A stretch of 64,000 bases of DNA from Planctomycetota bacterium (GCA_044228975.1 JBGATX010000002.1:31122-95121); one strand, 5' to 3'; numbered from the stretch's first letter, positions 45,473 through 55,830 are shown. Notes: a model not told the origin generated them from the sequence alone. Numbers and translations are program-made.

Positions 45473-48400
45473 GGCACCGCGGCGACGGTCGAACATCGCG
45501 CGACGCCGGGCGAGCGCTTCATCCCGTACCTGCGTGCGCTCGACGGTCTGACGCTGCAGGTTCCCGTCGTCCGCACCGTCGTGCAGGAACGCCGCGAGCG
45601 CACGCACCGTCGGGAACCGGAAGAGATCGGTGATCGAAACCTGCCGTCCGCACGTGCGCTTCAGCCGACCCTGCACCTGCACGGTCAGCAACGAGTGCCC
45701 GCCGAGATCGAAGAAGTTGTCGTCGCGGCCGACATTCGGCGTCTGCAGCACCTCGCTCCAGATGCCGGCGATCGCCGCCTCGAGCTCGCCCTGCGGCGGT
45801 TGGACTTCGCCGCGCACGAGGGCGCGTGACTCCTCGGGCGCGGGAAGTGACTTGCGATCGATCTTGCCGTTGGGCGTGAGCGGCAGCGCGTCGAGCACGA
45901 CGATGGGTCCTGCAGCATGAACTCCGGCAACCGCGCGCGAAGGTGCGTGCGCAGCGCCTCGACGTCGATAGGCGCCGTTCCGCGCGGTGTGACGTAGCCG
46001 ACGAGCCGGCGGTCGCCGGGCGCGTCCTCGCGCACGATGGCCGCCGAGTCGCGCACCGATGCGACCTCGCGCAGCGCCGATTCGATCTCGCCGAGCTCGA
46101 TGCGATAGCCGCGCAATTTGATCTGGTGGTCCGCGCGACCGAGGTAGTCGATCGCGCCGTCCTCGCGCAGGCGGACGACGTCGCCGGTGCGGTAGAGGCG
46201 TGCATCGGGGGCGCCGCGGAATGGGTCGGCGACGAAGCGCTCGTTCGTGAGTTCCGCCCGCTGCCAGTATCCGCGCGCGACGCCGGCACCGCCGATGTAG
46301 AGTTCGCCGGGAACACCGATCGGCACTGGCTTCATGCGCGCGTCGAGCACGTAGAGCTCCGTGTTCGCGATCGGCGTGCCGATCGGAACGGAGTGCTCGC
46401 CGCCGTCCACGCGCCAGGTCGACGACCAGATCGTCGTCTCGGTCGGTCCGTACATGTTGAGCAGCGTGCCCGCGAAACTGCGCCGCAGCTCGTTCGCCAG
46501 CGGCGGCGGGAACGCCTCGCCACCGATCATGAGCACACGCAGCCCGCGCAGCGCATTGGCCGCGCGCTCGTCGGCCAGGATCAGCGACGCCATCGAAGGC
46601 GTGCACTGCAGGTGCGTGACGCCGTAGCGCTCGATCAGCGAGGGGATCGACGCCTCCTCGCTGCGCGAGGCACGACGGACGACACGCCGGCGGAGCTCGT
46701 CGAGCAGCTCGAGGCGCTGCAGCACGAGCTCGGAATCGACTCCGAAGTCGATCAGGCACGCGATCTCGTCGACACCGACGTCCTCGAGTCGCTCGACCAT
46801 CCGCATGCAGGTCTCGGGCGTGCCGAAGAGCCCGCTCGTGCGGAAGTAGCGCTCGAACGCGTTGTCGAGCAGAGCCTCGACGTCGTCGCTCGACAGGTCG
46901 CGGAAGTCGTTGCTGACCTCCTGCGCCTCGCCACCACGCTGCGTCTTGAACGTGGGGAACGACGCCACGAAGTCGCGCACCAGTCCCACCGACGTGCGCA
47001 GGTACTCGCGCATCGGACGGCGCACGGTGCGGCGCACTTCCTCGTCGTCGTGACCGACGAACGTGTGCAGCATGATCGTGACGCGCCCTTGCTCGGGCCC
47101 GTGACCGTGTGCCGTCCAGGCATCGCGATAGGCGCGGATCTTCTCGTGCAGTTCCTCGACGGTCTGCCCCAGCAGGTGCGTCAGCACGTTCGCGCCGAGC
47201 TCGCCTGCGGCGCGCCACGTCTCGACGTTGCCCGCGGTCGTGATCCACACGGGCAGCTTCTTCTGGATGGGGCGCGGCAGCGTGCGCACCGAGACCTTGC
47301 GGCCGTCGGCGGCCTCGCACTCGACCGCCTCTCCGCTCCACAACCTGCGCAACGTCGCCAGGCCCTCGACCAGCAGCTCCTTGCGCCGGGCGTAGTTCTG
47401 CGGCGCGAGCACGAAGTCGTTCGGTTGCCAACCTGACGCGAGAGCGATCCCGACGCGGCCGCGCGAGAGGTTGTCGACGAGCGACCACTCCTCGGCGACG
47501 CGCAACGGATGATGCAATGGGAGGACGACGCTGCCGGCGCGGATCGCGATGCGATCGGTGATCGCGGCGATCGCAGCCGACGCGACGGCGGGATTGGGAT
47601 ACAGGCCGCCGAAGGCGTGGAAGTGCCGCTCCGGAGTCCACACGGCTTCGAAGCCGTGCCGATCGGCGAAGCGCGCGCCCTCCAGCAGCAGACGGTACTT
47701 GTCGCTGGCGCGTTCGCCTTCGTCGCTGGCGAAGTAGAAGAGGCTGAACGACGTCGCGCGCCTGCCGCTCGCGCTCGAGGACGCCGCGGGGCGCTTGCGA
47801 TCGTCGCCGGTGTAGATCACGACCTCGAAGCCGCGCGTGAGCGTCCAGAGCAGCTCGAGCACCGAGATGTCGAACGACAGGCTCGTCACCGCGAGCCACG
47901 TGCCGCGTTCCGTGCCGACGCGTTCGTCCATGCCGACGAAGAAGTTGACCACGTTGCGGTGCTCGACCATCACGCCCTTGGGGCGGCCGGTCGAGCCCGA
48001 CGTGTAGATCACGTAGGCGAGGTTCGCGGGCTCGATGGAGCGCGCGACACGCGTCGCGCTCTCGTGCGCGATCGAATCCCACTCGACGTCGACGCGGATC
48101 GTTGGCACGCCGGCGGAAGCGACGAGGCTCGCCAGATGATCCTGCGTGAGCACCACTCGCGCCTGTGCGTCGTGCAGCTGGTACGCGATGCGCTCGCGCG
48201 GGTAGGTCGGATCGAGCGGCACGTACGCGCCACCGGCCTTGTGGATGGCGAGCACGCCGACCAGCAGGTCGATCGAGCGTTCCATGCACAGCCCCACGAG
48301 CACGTCGGGACCGACGCCGAGGCTGCGCAGCCGCGCCGCGAGCCGGTTGGCGCGCTGATCGAGCTCGCGATACCCGATCTCGTTCGCGCCGCAGACGAGC

Positions 48401-49838
48401 GCGCGTCGGGCGTGCGGTCGGCCTGCGCCTCGAACAGATCGGAGATGCACGCGTCGCGCGGCACGACGGTGCGAGTGCGATTCCACTCGACGAGCATCTG
48501 CTCGCGCTCGGGCGGCGTGAGCAGCTCGATCGAGTCGAGCCGACGTTGGGGCTCGCTCGCGAAGCCCTCGAGGATCGCGCTCAGGTGCCCGAGCAGGCGT
48601 TGCGCAGATGCGTCGGCGATGCGGCGCCGATCCCAGTCCAGGCGCAGGAGCAGCTCCGTTTCGGCATAGGCGTACAAGCTGAGCGCGAAGACCGTCTTCT
48701 CGTGGAGCCGGAATCGTCGAGTCGGGCCGGCGATGCCCAGTTGCGCCAGCTCCGCATCGAGAGCTTGCGTATCGAACACGAGCACGGTGTCGAAGAGCGT
48801 GCGTCCGGCGGCGAGGCGGCAGACGCGCTGGATGTCGACCAGCGGCGTGTGCTCGAAGGGCCGCAGCTCGACCTGCTGCTTGCGGAGCAACGCCAGCCAG
48901 TCCGCCACTCGCGCGTCACCCGCGACGTGTACGCGCAACGGCAGCGTGTTGATGAACACGCCGACGATCGCATCGGCGTCGGCGACACTCGAGCGCCGGC
49001 CGGCGCGCACGCAGCCGTACACGACGTCCTCTTCGCCGCAATAGCGCGCGACGAGCAATGCCCACGCACCCTGGACGACCGTGTTCATCGTCACGCCGCA
49101 TTGCGTGGCAAGTTCACGCAGCCGCGTCGTCGAGGCGCGCGTCAGGCGCATCTCGATCTCGTCGCGATCACGCTGCTCTCCGACCGCGCCGGGTTCCGGC
49201 GCCGGGAGCTGCAGCGTGTTGGGATTCCCGAAACCGTGCAGACGCGCCCGCCAGAAGGCGTCGTCGCCGCTCGTGTCGCGTTGGCGCAGCCAGTCGACGT
49301 GCTCGCGGAAGGAGCGAGACGGTGCGAGCTCCAGCTTGCGCCCGGCGCGCAGCGCGTCGTAGCGCGTGAAGACGTCCTTCAACACGGCGGCGAAGGAGCG
49401 TCCGTCGAGCAGCACGTGATGGAACGTCCAGACCAGCGTCCACGCGCTCTCCGAGCGCTGGATCCAGGCGAATCGCATCACCGGAGCACGCGCGAAGTCG
49501 AGCGGCCGGGCGCGATCGGCCTCGAGCCACTCCTTCGTGCGCGCCGCATGTCGGTCGAACGGGAACTCGCGCCAATCGAGCACCGCGAAGTCGAGGGCGA
49601 CCGTCTCGTGCACCTCCTGCAGCGGCTCGGAAAGTCCTTCCCAGCGAAACGCCGTGCGCAGAGCGCCATGGCACGCGACCGTCTGGCGCCAGGCTTCCTC
49701 CAGCGCCTCGCGCGCGAGCGGCTCGTCGAGCTCGCACACGATCTGCTCGACGTCGACGCCGGTGTGTCCACCCGTCAAATGGTGGAACAACATCCCCTGT
49801 TGCATCGGGGACAGGGGAAATGCGTCGGAGACGGTCAT
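45470..49838 (-). pseudogene. NRPS module C-A(luciferase-like monooxygenase insert)-PCP, interrupted by two frameshifts
   Basis: Spread over three minus-strand frames (track ORFs 48009..51200, 45685..48486, 45470..48289). ATG 49838 MTVSDAFPLSPMQQGMLFHH, C domain HHVLLDGRS, A domain LAYVIYTSGSTGRPKG and SLSFDISV, monooxygenase insert FSLFYFASDE...WTPERHFHAFGG, then NMYGPTETT, GELYIGGAGVARGY, YRTGD, LRGYRIELGEIE, LPLTPNGKIDRK, and PCP FFDLGGHSLL. The frame changes near 48400 and 45910. Confidence 0.85.
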
Positions 49839-50074
49839 CGGGGAGCCGGGTGCGCGGCACGGCACGCCACGCAGAGGAGACGCCGGGTGCCGCGCAAGCC
49901 GCGCGCGTTCCACCGGGGCGGTGGATGCGCGAACGCAGTCGGAGCACCGAGCCTCGAAAGATAGCAGGCGCGCGAGCACGCGGCCACGCGCGAACGGAGA
50001 CGAGCGGATCGGCTCGACGGCGGACCGTTCGGCGAGTGCGGCGCGCGCGAGCAGCACGCCATCGCTTCCGAGCG

Positions 50075-50848
50075 TCAGCGCAGCGGTGAGTGCGGATCCG
50101 GCCAGATCGACGTCGTGAATCCGACCTCGCGCGCTCGCAGCGCGACGGCGCCTGCAAATCCTTCCGCCGGATCGAAGTCGACGAGGCTCCAGCTCGCGCC
50201 GTCGCCTTCCTCGCGCTCGACGCGCGGCGAACCGCGCGCGCCGTCGCCGACGACCGTGATCGCGCGCAACGAGCGGCTGATGCCCTCGCCCGTGGCCTTG
50301 AGCAGCGCTTCCTTGCGCGTCCAGATGCGGTAGAACGCGTTCACGCGAGCTCCGTCGGTGAATTCGAGGCACCACGCGAGCTCGCGGGGCGAGAGCACGC
50401 GCTCCATCAGTGAATCGAAGTCGCGCGAGGCGTGCGCGCGCTCGACATCGACTCCGAGCGGGGCCATGCGCGTCACGGCGACGGCGACCAGCGGGCCGGA
50501 GTCCGACAAACTGAAATGCAGGCCAGAACCCGGCAGGAACGGCTTGCCGCGCTCCTCGAGCTCGTAGTGGAACGAGCGCGGATCGACGCGCAATTGCGCG
50601 GCGAGGATCTCGCGCAGGATGCCGCGGCCGGCGCGGAAGCGTCGTGCGAGCTCGTCGCGCTTGAAACGTGCCGCGCGCTCGCGTTCCGTGTCGTCGAGCA
50701 GGGCCTCGAGCTCGCCTTGGCGCTCGCGAGGCACATCGCGCGAAGCCCACCACACGTGCACGTCGCGCTCGCCGCCCTCGCCCAGTGGCATGACGTGCCG
50801 CGCGGCCGATCCACGCAGGACGAGCGGCGCTTCGGATGCGGGTTTCAT
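50075..50848 (-). CDS. Sfp-type 4'-phosphopantetheinyl transferase
   Basis: ATG 50848 within track ORF 50075..51574, 257 aa. FSLSDSG, GVDVE, WTRKEALLKATG. The start overlaps the upstream stop (ATGA). Confidence 0.85.
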   Translation of the reverse strand: MKPASEAPLVLRGSAARHVMPLGEGGERDVHVWWASRDVPRERQGELEALLDDTERERAARFKRDELARRFRAGRGILREILAAQLRVDPRSFHYELEERGKPFLPGSGLHFSLSDSGPLVAVAVTRMAPLGVDVERAHASRDFDSLMERVLSPRELAWCLEFTDGARVNAFYRIWTRKEALLKATGEGISRSLRAITVVGDGARGSPRVEREEGDGASWSLVDFDPAEGFAGAVALRAREVGFTTSIWPDPHSPLR

Positions 50849-51666
50849 GCTCGCGGAGCTCCACTGCGCGCCCGACGCAGGCCGCGCCACGCGCAACCGA
50901 CGAGCAGCGCGGCGGCGAACGGCAGACCGTCGACGAGATACCGCCGCGCGAGACGGCGCGGTTCCTGCGCGAGCCGATGCAGCCACTCCAGCCCGAGCCT
51001 CTGCATCCAACGCGGAGCGCGTGCGACGCGTCCGGCGACGAAGCTGAAGCTGATGCCGATGCCGATCCACCACGCGCGCGGGAGCTGCGAGCGCAGCTGC
51101 GCGATGAGCTGCTCCTGCTTGGGCGAGCCGAGAGCGACGAGCACGAGGTCTGCGCCGCTGCGCGCGAGACCGGCAGAGATCTCCGCGAGCGCGCGCGCAT
51201 CGCGTTCGAACCCCGGCGCGGGACAGTGGATCCCGGCGATGCGCAGCGCTGCGAAGCGCTGGCGCAGGACGCGCGCGGCTTCCTCGGCCGTGCCGGGATC
51301 TCCGCCGAGCAGGTAGACGCCGCGGCCCGCGTGCGCGGCGCGCCCGGAGAGGCTCCAGATCAGGTTCGATCCGGCCACGCGCTCGGGCAGCGGTGTGCCT
51401 TGCAGGCGCGCGGCCCACAAGAGCGGCATGCCGTCGGCGACGCGCAGCTCCGCACCGGCGCACAACGAACGGAAGTCCGCATCGCGCGTCAGGCGGCGCA
51501 GGTGATCGAGGTTGGGCGTGACGATCCAGCCGCCGCGCCCCGCGTCGAGCTCGTCGAACACGTGCTCGACGCACGCGCGTTCGCTCAGCGCGTGGATCGA
51601 GATGCCGCGCAGCAGGATCTCGGGCACTCGCGCCGGCTGACGCAGCGTTTCAGACGGCGAGACCAC
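50845..51666 (-). CDS. WecB/TagA/CpsF-family (GT26) glycosyltransferase
   Basis: VTPNLDHL, ADGMPLLWAAR, YLLGG, LGSPKQE, RAPRWMQRLGLEWLHRL. GTG at 51666 (alternative GTG 51627). Confidence 0.85.
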   Translation of the reverse strand: MVSPSETLRQPARVPEILLRGISIHALSERACVEHVFDELDAGRGGWIVTPNLDHLRRLTRDADFRSLCAGAELRVADGMPLLWAARLQGTPLPERVAGSNLIWSLSGRAAHAGRGVYLLGGDPGTAEEAARVLRQRFAALRIAGIHCPAPGFERDARALAEISAGLARSGADLVLVALGSPKQEQLIAQLRSQLPRAWWIGIGISFSFVAGRVARAPRWMQRLGLEWLHRLAQEPRRLARRYLVDGLPFAAALLVGCAWRGLRRARSGAPRA

Positions 51667-52606
51667 GCGTGCGCGCCTCCTCGGAGCGCGTCGGCGACCA
51701 GCGCGCGGCCCCGCTGCGATCGAGCTCCTCCGTTGCGCGGCGTTTGCCCTTCCACAAGCATCGCCACTGGTACTTCCGCAGGAAACGCCGGAACTCCGCG
51801 TCGCCGTAGCGCGCGCGTCCTGCGAGCGCCGCGCGCAGCCAGCCGAAGACCATCGCGGCGCTGCCGAGGATCGCGGGAGCTTCGAACACGCGGCGCAGTG
51901 CGCTCGCGGCGAGATACACGAAGCCCGTGCCCATGAAATGCTGCCCGCTGCCGTGGCGCGCGCGGCCGCGCAGGATGTTCGCGTCGCTCGAGCCCATCGC
52001 GCGCAAGTGCAGGAAGCGCAGCTCGGGCTCGTCGAGCTCGCGCGATCCAGCCGAGCATGCGGCAGCGATGGCAGTCGATGCCGTCCACATGACCTCGCGC
52101 ACGAAGCCGCCGATCTGCTCGAAGCACGCGCGGCGGTAGAGCTTCGTCATGCCGACCGACATCTCGTCGCCGCACAGCTCGGGCACCGACTCACCGCCCT
52201 CGACCGGGCGATACGGCTTGCCGCTCACGGTGCCCATTCGCGGCTCGCTCCGCATGCGCTCGAGCAGGAGCTCGAAGTAGCGCGGCGGCAGCTCGAGATC
52301 GAGGTCGAGCTTGCAGAGGAACTCGAACTCGCAGAGCTCGACCGTCTCGAGACCGGCATAGAACGCGTCGATGACGCCCGGACCGACGCTGCGCCGGCCA
52401 CGGTCCTCGCGGCGCACGATGCGGATCCAGTCGTGCGCACGCGCGTATTCGGCCAGGATGCGCGGCGTCTCGTCGCTCGAGCCGTCGTCGACGATCACCC
52501 AGAGATCGGGGCGAACGCTCTGGCGCACGACGCTCTCGAGCGTGCGGCGCGCGAACGCGGCCTCGTCGCGGCACGGCGTGATCGCTACCAGGCGCGAACC
52601 GTTCAC
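51650..52606 (-). CDS. GT2-family glycosyltransferase carrying a compensated -1/+1 indel pair
   Basis: GTG 52606 overlaps the asnB stop (GTGA). VAITPCRDEA, VIVDDGSSDET, CKLDLDLELPP, RFLHLRAMGSS. The conserved segment DGIDCHRCRMLGWIA is only readable in another frame (track ORF 51585..52175) between about 52087 and 52036. Confidence 0.75.
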   Translation of the reverse strand: MNGSRLVAITPCRDEAAFARRTLESVVRQSVRPDLWVIVDDGSSDETPRILAEYARAHDWIRIVRREDRGRRSVGPGVIDAFYAGLETVELCEFEFLCKLDLDLELPPRYFELLLERMRSEPRMGTVSGKPYRPVEGGESVPELCGDEMSVGMTKLYRRACFEQIGGFVREVMWTASTAIAAACSAGSRELDEPELRFLHLRAMGSSDANILRGRARHGSGQHFMGTGFVYLAASALRRVFEAPAILGSAAMVFGWLRAALAGRARYGDAEFRRFLRKYQWRCLWKGKRRATEELDRSGAARWSPTRSEEARTRGLAV

Positions 52607-54549
52607 AGGCTCACCGCGTGCCTTTGACACCACGAGATCAACGCGAACGGGGCCCAGATGCGCGACCAGTACAGCCCCGGACAGCCCGCGAGATACGCGT
52701 CGAAGAGCTGCGTCAACGCCTTCGATTCCAGCCCCACCGCGGCGCACGCATGACGATCGGCGAAGGTCGCCGCGATGCGCCGCGAGAGATGCGCGCGGCA
52801 CCAGCGCTCGATCGGGAGCACGAAACCGGACTTTGGACGGTCGAACAGCGCCGGATCGAGTCCTTCGAGGCCGATCTCGCGCAGGCAGCGCTTCGTCCCG
52901 AGCGGCTCGAAGCGCGCGCGCTCGTCGAGCGCCGCCGCCGCCTCGACGACGCGGTGGTCGACGAGCGGCACGCGCACTTCGAGCGACACCGCCATCGAGG
53001 CCGCGTCCGTGTCGCGCAAGAGCCGCTGGCCGAGGAACGAGTGCAGCTCGAGCGTCGAGATCGCGTGCAGGTCGGGCGCGTCCGCGATCCACGCTTCGAG
53101 CTGCGCGCGCAGCTCTGGATCGATGCCGTAGCGCACGTGCAGGTCGCCGAGAGCGGGCGCGATGCGCTCGAGGAACGCGCGCGTGTAGAGCGCGTACGAG
53201 ACCTGGTAGAGCTCGACCCACGAGCCGTCGGTCGAGAGCAGGTCGTCGAGCTTGCCCCAGCGCGTCTGCGGCGGCACGTCGGCGTTGCGCGGTCCGCGCC
53301 GCACGCCAGTGTGCGCCAGTGAGCGCGCCGCGCGGCGCACGAGCGACTGCGGCAGCGCGGAGCTCAGACGCTGCGCCCGGCGCGCGCGCGGGAGGTCGCG
53401 AAAGCTCCTGTAGCCGCCGAAGAGCTCGTCGCCGCCGGTCCCGGCGAGCGCGACGGTCACGCCCGCGCGGCGCACGGCGCGGCTCACGAACCAGGTGTTC
53501 AACGCGTCGAAGCTCGGCTGGTCGAGCGCGCCGAGCGCGTCGTCGAGCCCTTCGGCGAAGGCGCGCTCGTCGAGCCGGATCTCCTCGTGACGCGTGCCCA
53601 GCGCCTGCGCGACAGCGCGCGCGTGCACCGACTCGTCGAACCGCGCCTCCGCGAAGCCGACGTTGAACGTGCGGACATCTCGCGCTCCCGAGCGCACGGC
53701 GAGGCTCGCAATCGCGCTCGAATCGATGCCGCCGGAGAGGAACACGCCGACGGGCACGTCGCTCACGAGGTGCTGGCGCACGGTCTCGAGCAGCGTTGCG
53801 CGCAGCTCCTCGCGCGAGCCGTCCGTCCTCGCGGCCGGCAGGCGCCAGTAGCGCTTGGGCTTCACCTCCGCGCTCGCCGTGTCGACGATCGCGTAGCAGC
53901 CCGGCTGGAGCTCGCGAACGCCTTCGACGATCGACTGCGAGCCGAGCACGAAACCGTTCCAGAGGCAGGTCGAGAGCGCGCCGCGGTCGATGCGGTTCGA
54001 GACGCGGCCGCTCGCGAGGAGAGCGCGCACCTCGGACGCGAACAGCAGAGCGTGGCCTTCCTGCGTGAAGACGGTCGCGTAGTAGAGCGGCTTGATGCCG
54101 AGACGATCGCGCGCGAGCACGACGGCGCGGCGGCGCGCGTCGTAGATCGCGAAGGCGAACATGCCGCGCAGCCGTCCGAGGCAGGCTTCGCCGAAGCGGC
54201 CCCACGCACGCAGCAGGACCTCCGTGTCGGAACGGCTCTTCAGCGTTTCGCCGGCGTCTTCGAGCTCGCGGCGCAGCTCGGCGTGGTTGTAGATCTCGCC
54301 GTTGAACACGATCACGTTGCCGGTTGCGGCGTCGCGCATCGGCTGGTCGCCGTCAGCCGTGAGGTCGAGGATCGCGAGGCGCCGGAAGGCGAAGCACGCG
54401 CCGAGACCGCCCAGTCCGGCGGCGGTCGGGGGCGAACTCCACTCGCCGCTCGAATCGGGCCCGCGGTGCACCTGGGCTCCGCTCATCGTCGCGACGACGC
54501 GCCGCAGCTCGTCGTCGACCGCTCCGATGGCTCCCGCGATTCCGCACAT
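52603..54549 (-). CDS. asnB: asparagine synthase (glutamine-hydrolysing), EPS-locus type
   Basis: ATG 54549 gives MCGIAG (N-terminal nucleophile Cys), NGEIYN, and SGGIDSS PP-loop. 648 aa. Confidence 0.9.
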   Translation of the reverse strand: MCGIAGAIGAVDDELRRVVATMSGAQVHRGPDSSGEWSSPPTAAGLGGLGACFAFRRLAILDLTADGDQPMRDAATGNVIVFNGEIYNHAELRRELEDAGETLKSRSDTEVLLRAWGRFGEACLGRLRGMFAFAIYDARRRAVVLARDRLGIKPLYYATVFTQEGHALLFASEVRALLASGRVSNRIDRGALSTCLWNGFVLGSQSIVEGVRELQPGCYAIVDTASAEVKPKRYWRLPAARTDGSREELRATLLETVRQHLVSDVPVGVFLSGGIDSSAIASLAVRSGARDVRTFNVGFAEARFDESVHARAVAQALGTRHEEIRLDERAFAEGLDDALGALDQPSFDALNTWFVSRAVRRAGVTVALAGTGGDELFGGYRSFRDLPRARRAQRLSSALPQSLVRRAARSLAHTGVRRGPRNADVPPQTRWGKLDDLLSTDGSWVELYQVSYALYTRAFLERIAPALGDLHVRYGIDPELRAQLEAWIADAPDLHAISTLELHSFLGQRLLRDTDAASMAVSLEVRVPLVDHRVVEAAAALDERARFEPLGTKRCLREIGLEGLDPALFDRPKSGFVLPIERWCRAHLSRRIAATFADRHACAAVGLESKALTQLFDAYLAGCPGLYWSRIWAPFALISWCQRHAVSL

Positions 54550-54563
54550 GATCGGTTCCCGCT

Positions 54564-55829
54564 CTAGTTCCCGCGACGCGCGGCGATGGGGGACCAGGTG
54601 TTGAGCGCGTCGGCCACGGCGCGATGACCGCTCGCGTTCCAGTGCGTGTCGCCGGGGAACCACGGGATCTCGCCGCGCGCGGCGCACGCGCGCAAGGCGT
54701 CGGTGAGGTCGAGACACGCGACGTGCTCGCGCTCGGCCCACGCGCGCACGTGCTCGGGGACGGGGCTCAGCTGCGCGGCCAGGTCGCGCAGCGGTGAATC
54801 GGCGGAGAACTCGCACAACGGTCCGAGCACGCGCAGCTTGCTCGGCAGGATCGCGACGGCGTACTCGCCTCCGGCGGCGCGCACGCGATCACGTACGTCG
54901 GCCAGTGCCGCGGTCACGTGCGGCAGCTCGCCTTCGAGGCCGGCCCACGAGCTCTTGACCCAGCCGAAGCGATACTCGACGTCGCCGATGCGTCCCGTGC
55001 GCAGCGGCGCGTACGCCGGATGCGGTTGCGTCAGGCGCTGCGCGCGCAGGATGAGCTGGTTGAGCAGCGTGCGTTCGCCGAGCGAGCGCTGCTCCGTCGC
55101 CGGCGCGTGGCCCTCGTGCTTCGCGCGGTAGGAGGCCGAATCGAGCAGATCGTTGCCTTCGAAGACGAACTGCACGACCAGGCGCCCTTCGAGCGGCAGC
55201 CTGGAATCGCGCAGCAGGTCGCGCTCGGCTTGCACCGAGAGCCCGATGAGCGCGACGTTCATCACCGGACGGCCGAGGCGCTGCTCGAGCTGCGCGCACA
55301 GCGTCTGCTCGAACGGCACGAGCGCGGCGACGAGGAACGAATCGCCGAGCAGGTACACGTCCGCGCTCTCGCGATCGAGGCCGTTGCGGAAGCCGTGGCG
55401 GTCGGTCGCGTAGTCGAACGGGATCTCCGCGCACGGATAACCCCAGCTCTGCGCGAGGTCCTCGCGCGTCGTCCCGCTCGTGTGCATGTTCGGCACGGCC
55501 TGCGTGCCGAGCTCCGAGAGCTCCGCGGGCCCGGCGTAGTCCGACCAGTCGAGGACGTAGAGTCCCGCGGCCTCGACGAGCAGCCAGGTGAAGGCGAGCA
55601 CTCCGTTCACGAGCGCGAAGCGCACCAGCGCGCGCTTCGAGACGCTCGCGACGAAGCACGCGCACGCGATCCAGACGAAGAAGAGCGCGATCGCGACCGA
55701 ACGAGTGCGCCACACGCCGAAGAACTGCCGTGCGTGGCCTTCCATCACCGGCGGCGACGTCGAGAGCGCGAGCCACGCGGCGGCGAGCACGACGAGCGCG
55801 AGCGCGGCCCAACGCAGGCGGCGCTTCAT
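54564..55829 (-). CDS. membrane-anchored SGNH/GDSL-family hydrolase or O-acyltransferase (AlgX/AlgJ-like)
   Basis: ATG 55829 within track ORF 54564..55997. N-terminal TM helices, block I YLLGDSF, block III FEGNDL, block V GDTHWN. Starts 1 nt after the upstream stop. Confidence 0.65.
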   Translation of the reverse strand: MKRRLRWAALALVVLAAAWLALSTSPPVMEGHARQFFGVWRTRSVAIALFFVWIACACFVASVSKRALVRFALVNGVLAFTWLLVEAAGLYVLDWSDYAGPAELSELGTQAVPNMHTSGTTREDLAQSWGYPCAEIPFDYATDRHGFRNGLDRESADVYLLGDSFLVAALVPFEQTLCAQLEQRLGRPVMNVALIGLSVQAERDLLRDSRLPLEGRLVVQFVFEGNDLLDSASYRAKHEGHAPATEQRSLGERTLLNQLILRAQRLTQPHPAYAPLRTGRIGDVEYRFGWVKSSWAGLEGELPHVTAALADVRDRVRAAGGEYAVAILPSKLRVLGPLCEFSADSPLRDLAAQLSPVPEHVRAWAEREHVACLDLTDALRACAARGEIPWFPGDTHWNASGHRAVADALNTWSPIAARRGN

Positions 55830-55830
55830 C

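Noticed and set aside
44658-45829. ORFs 44658..45410 (-), 44717..45829 (+), 44860..45633 (+) and 44892..45551 (+) with repeated peptide blocks
   Set aside because: The repeated peptides simply mirror the ~206-bp DNA repeats in several frames and on both strands. There are no start context, signal or domain motifs, so I treated them as non-coding repeats. I also considered RiPP-precursor-like small ORFs in each unit but found no start codon with an RBS conserved across units.
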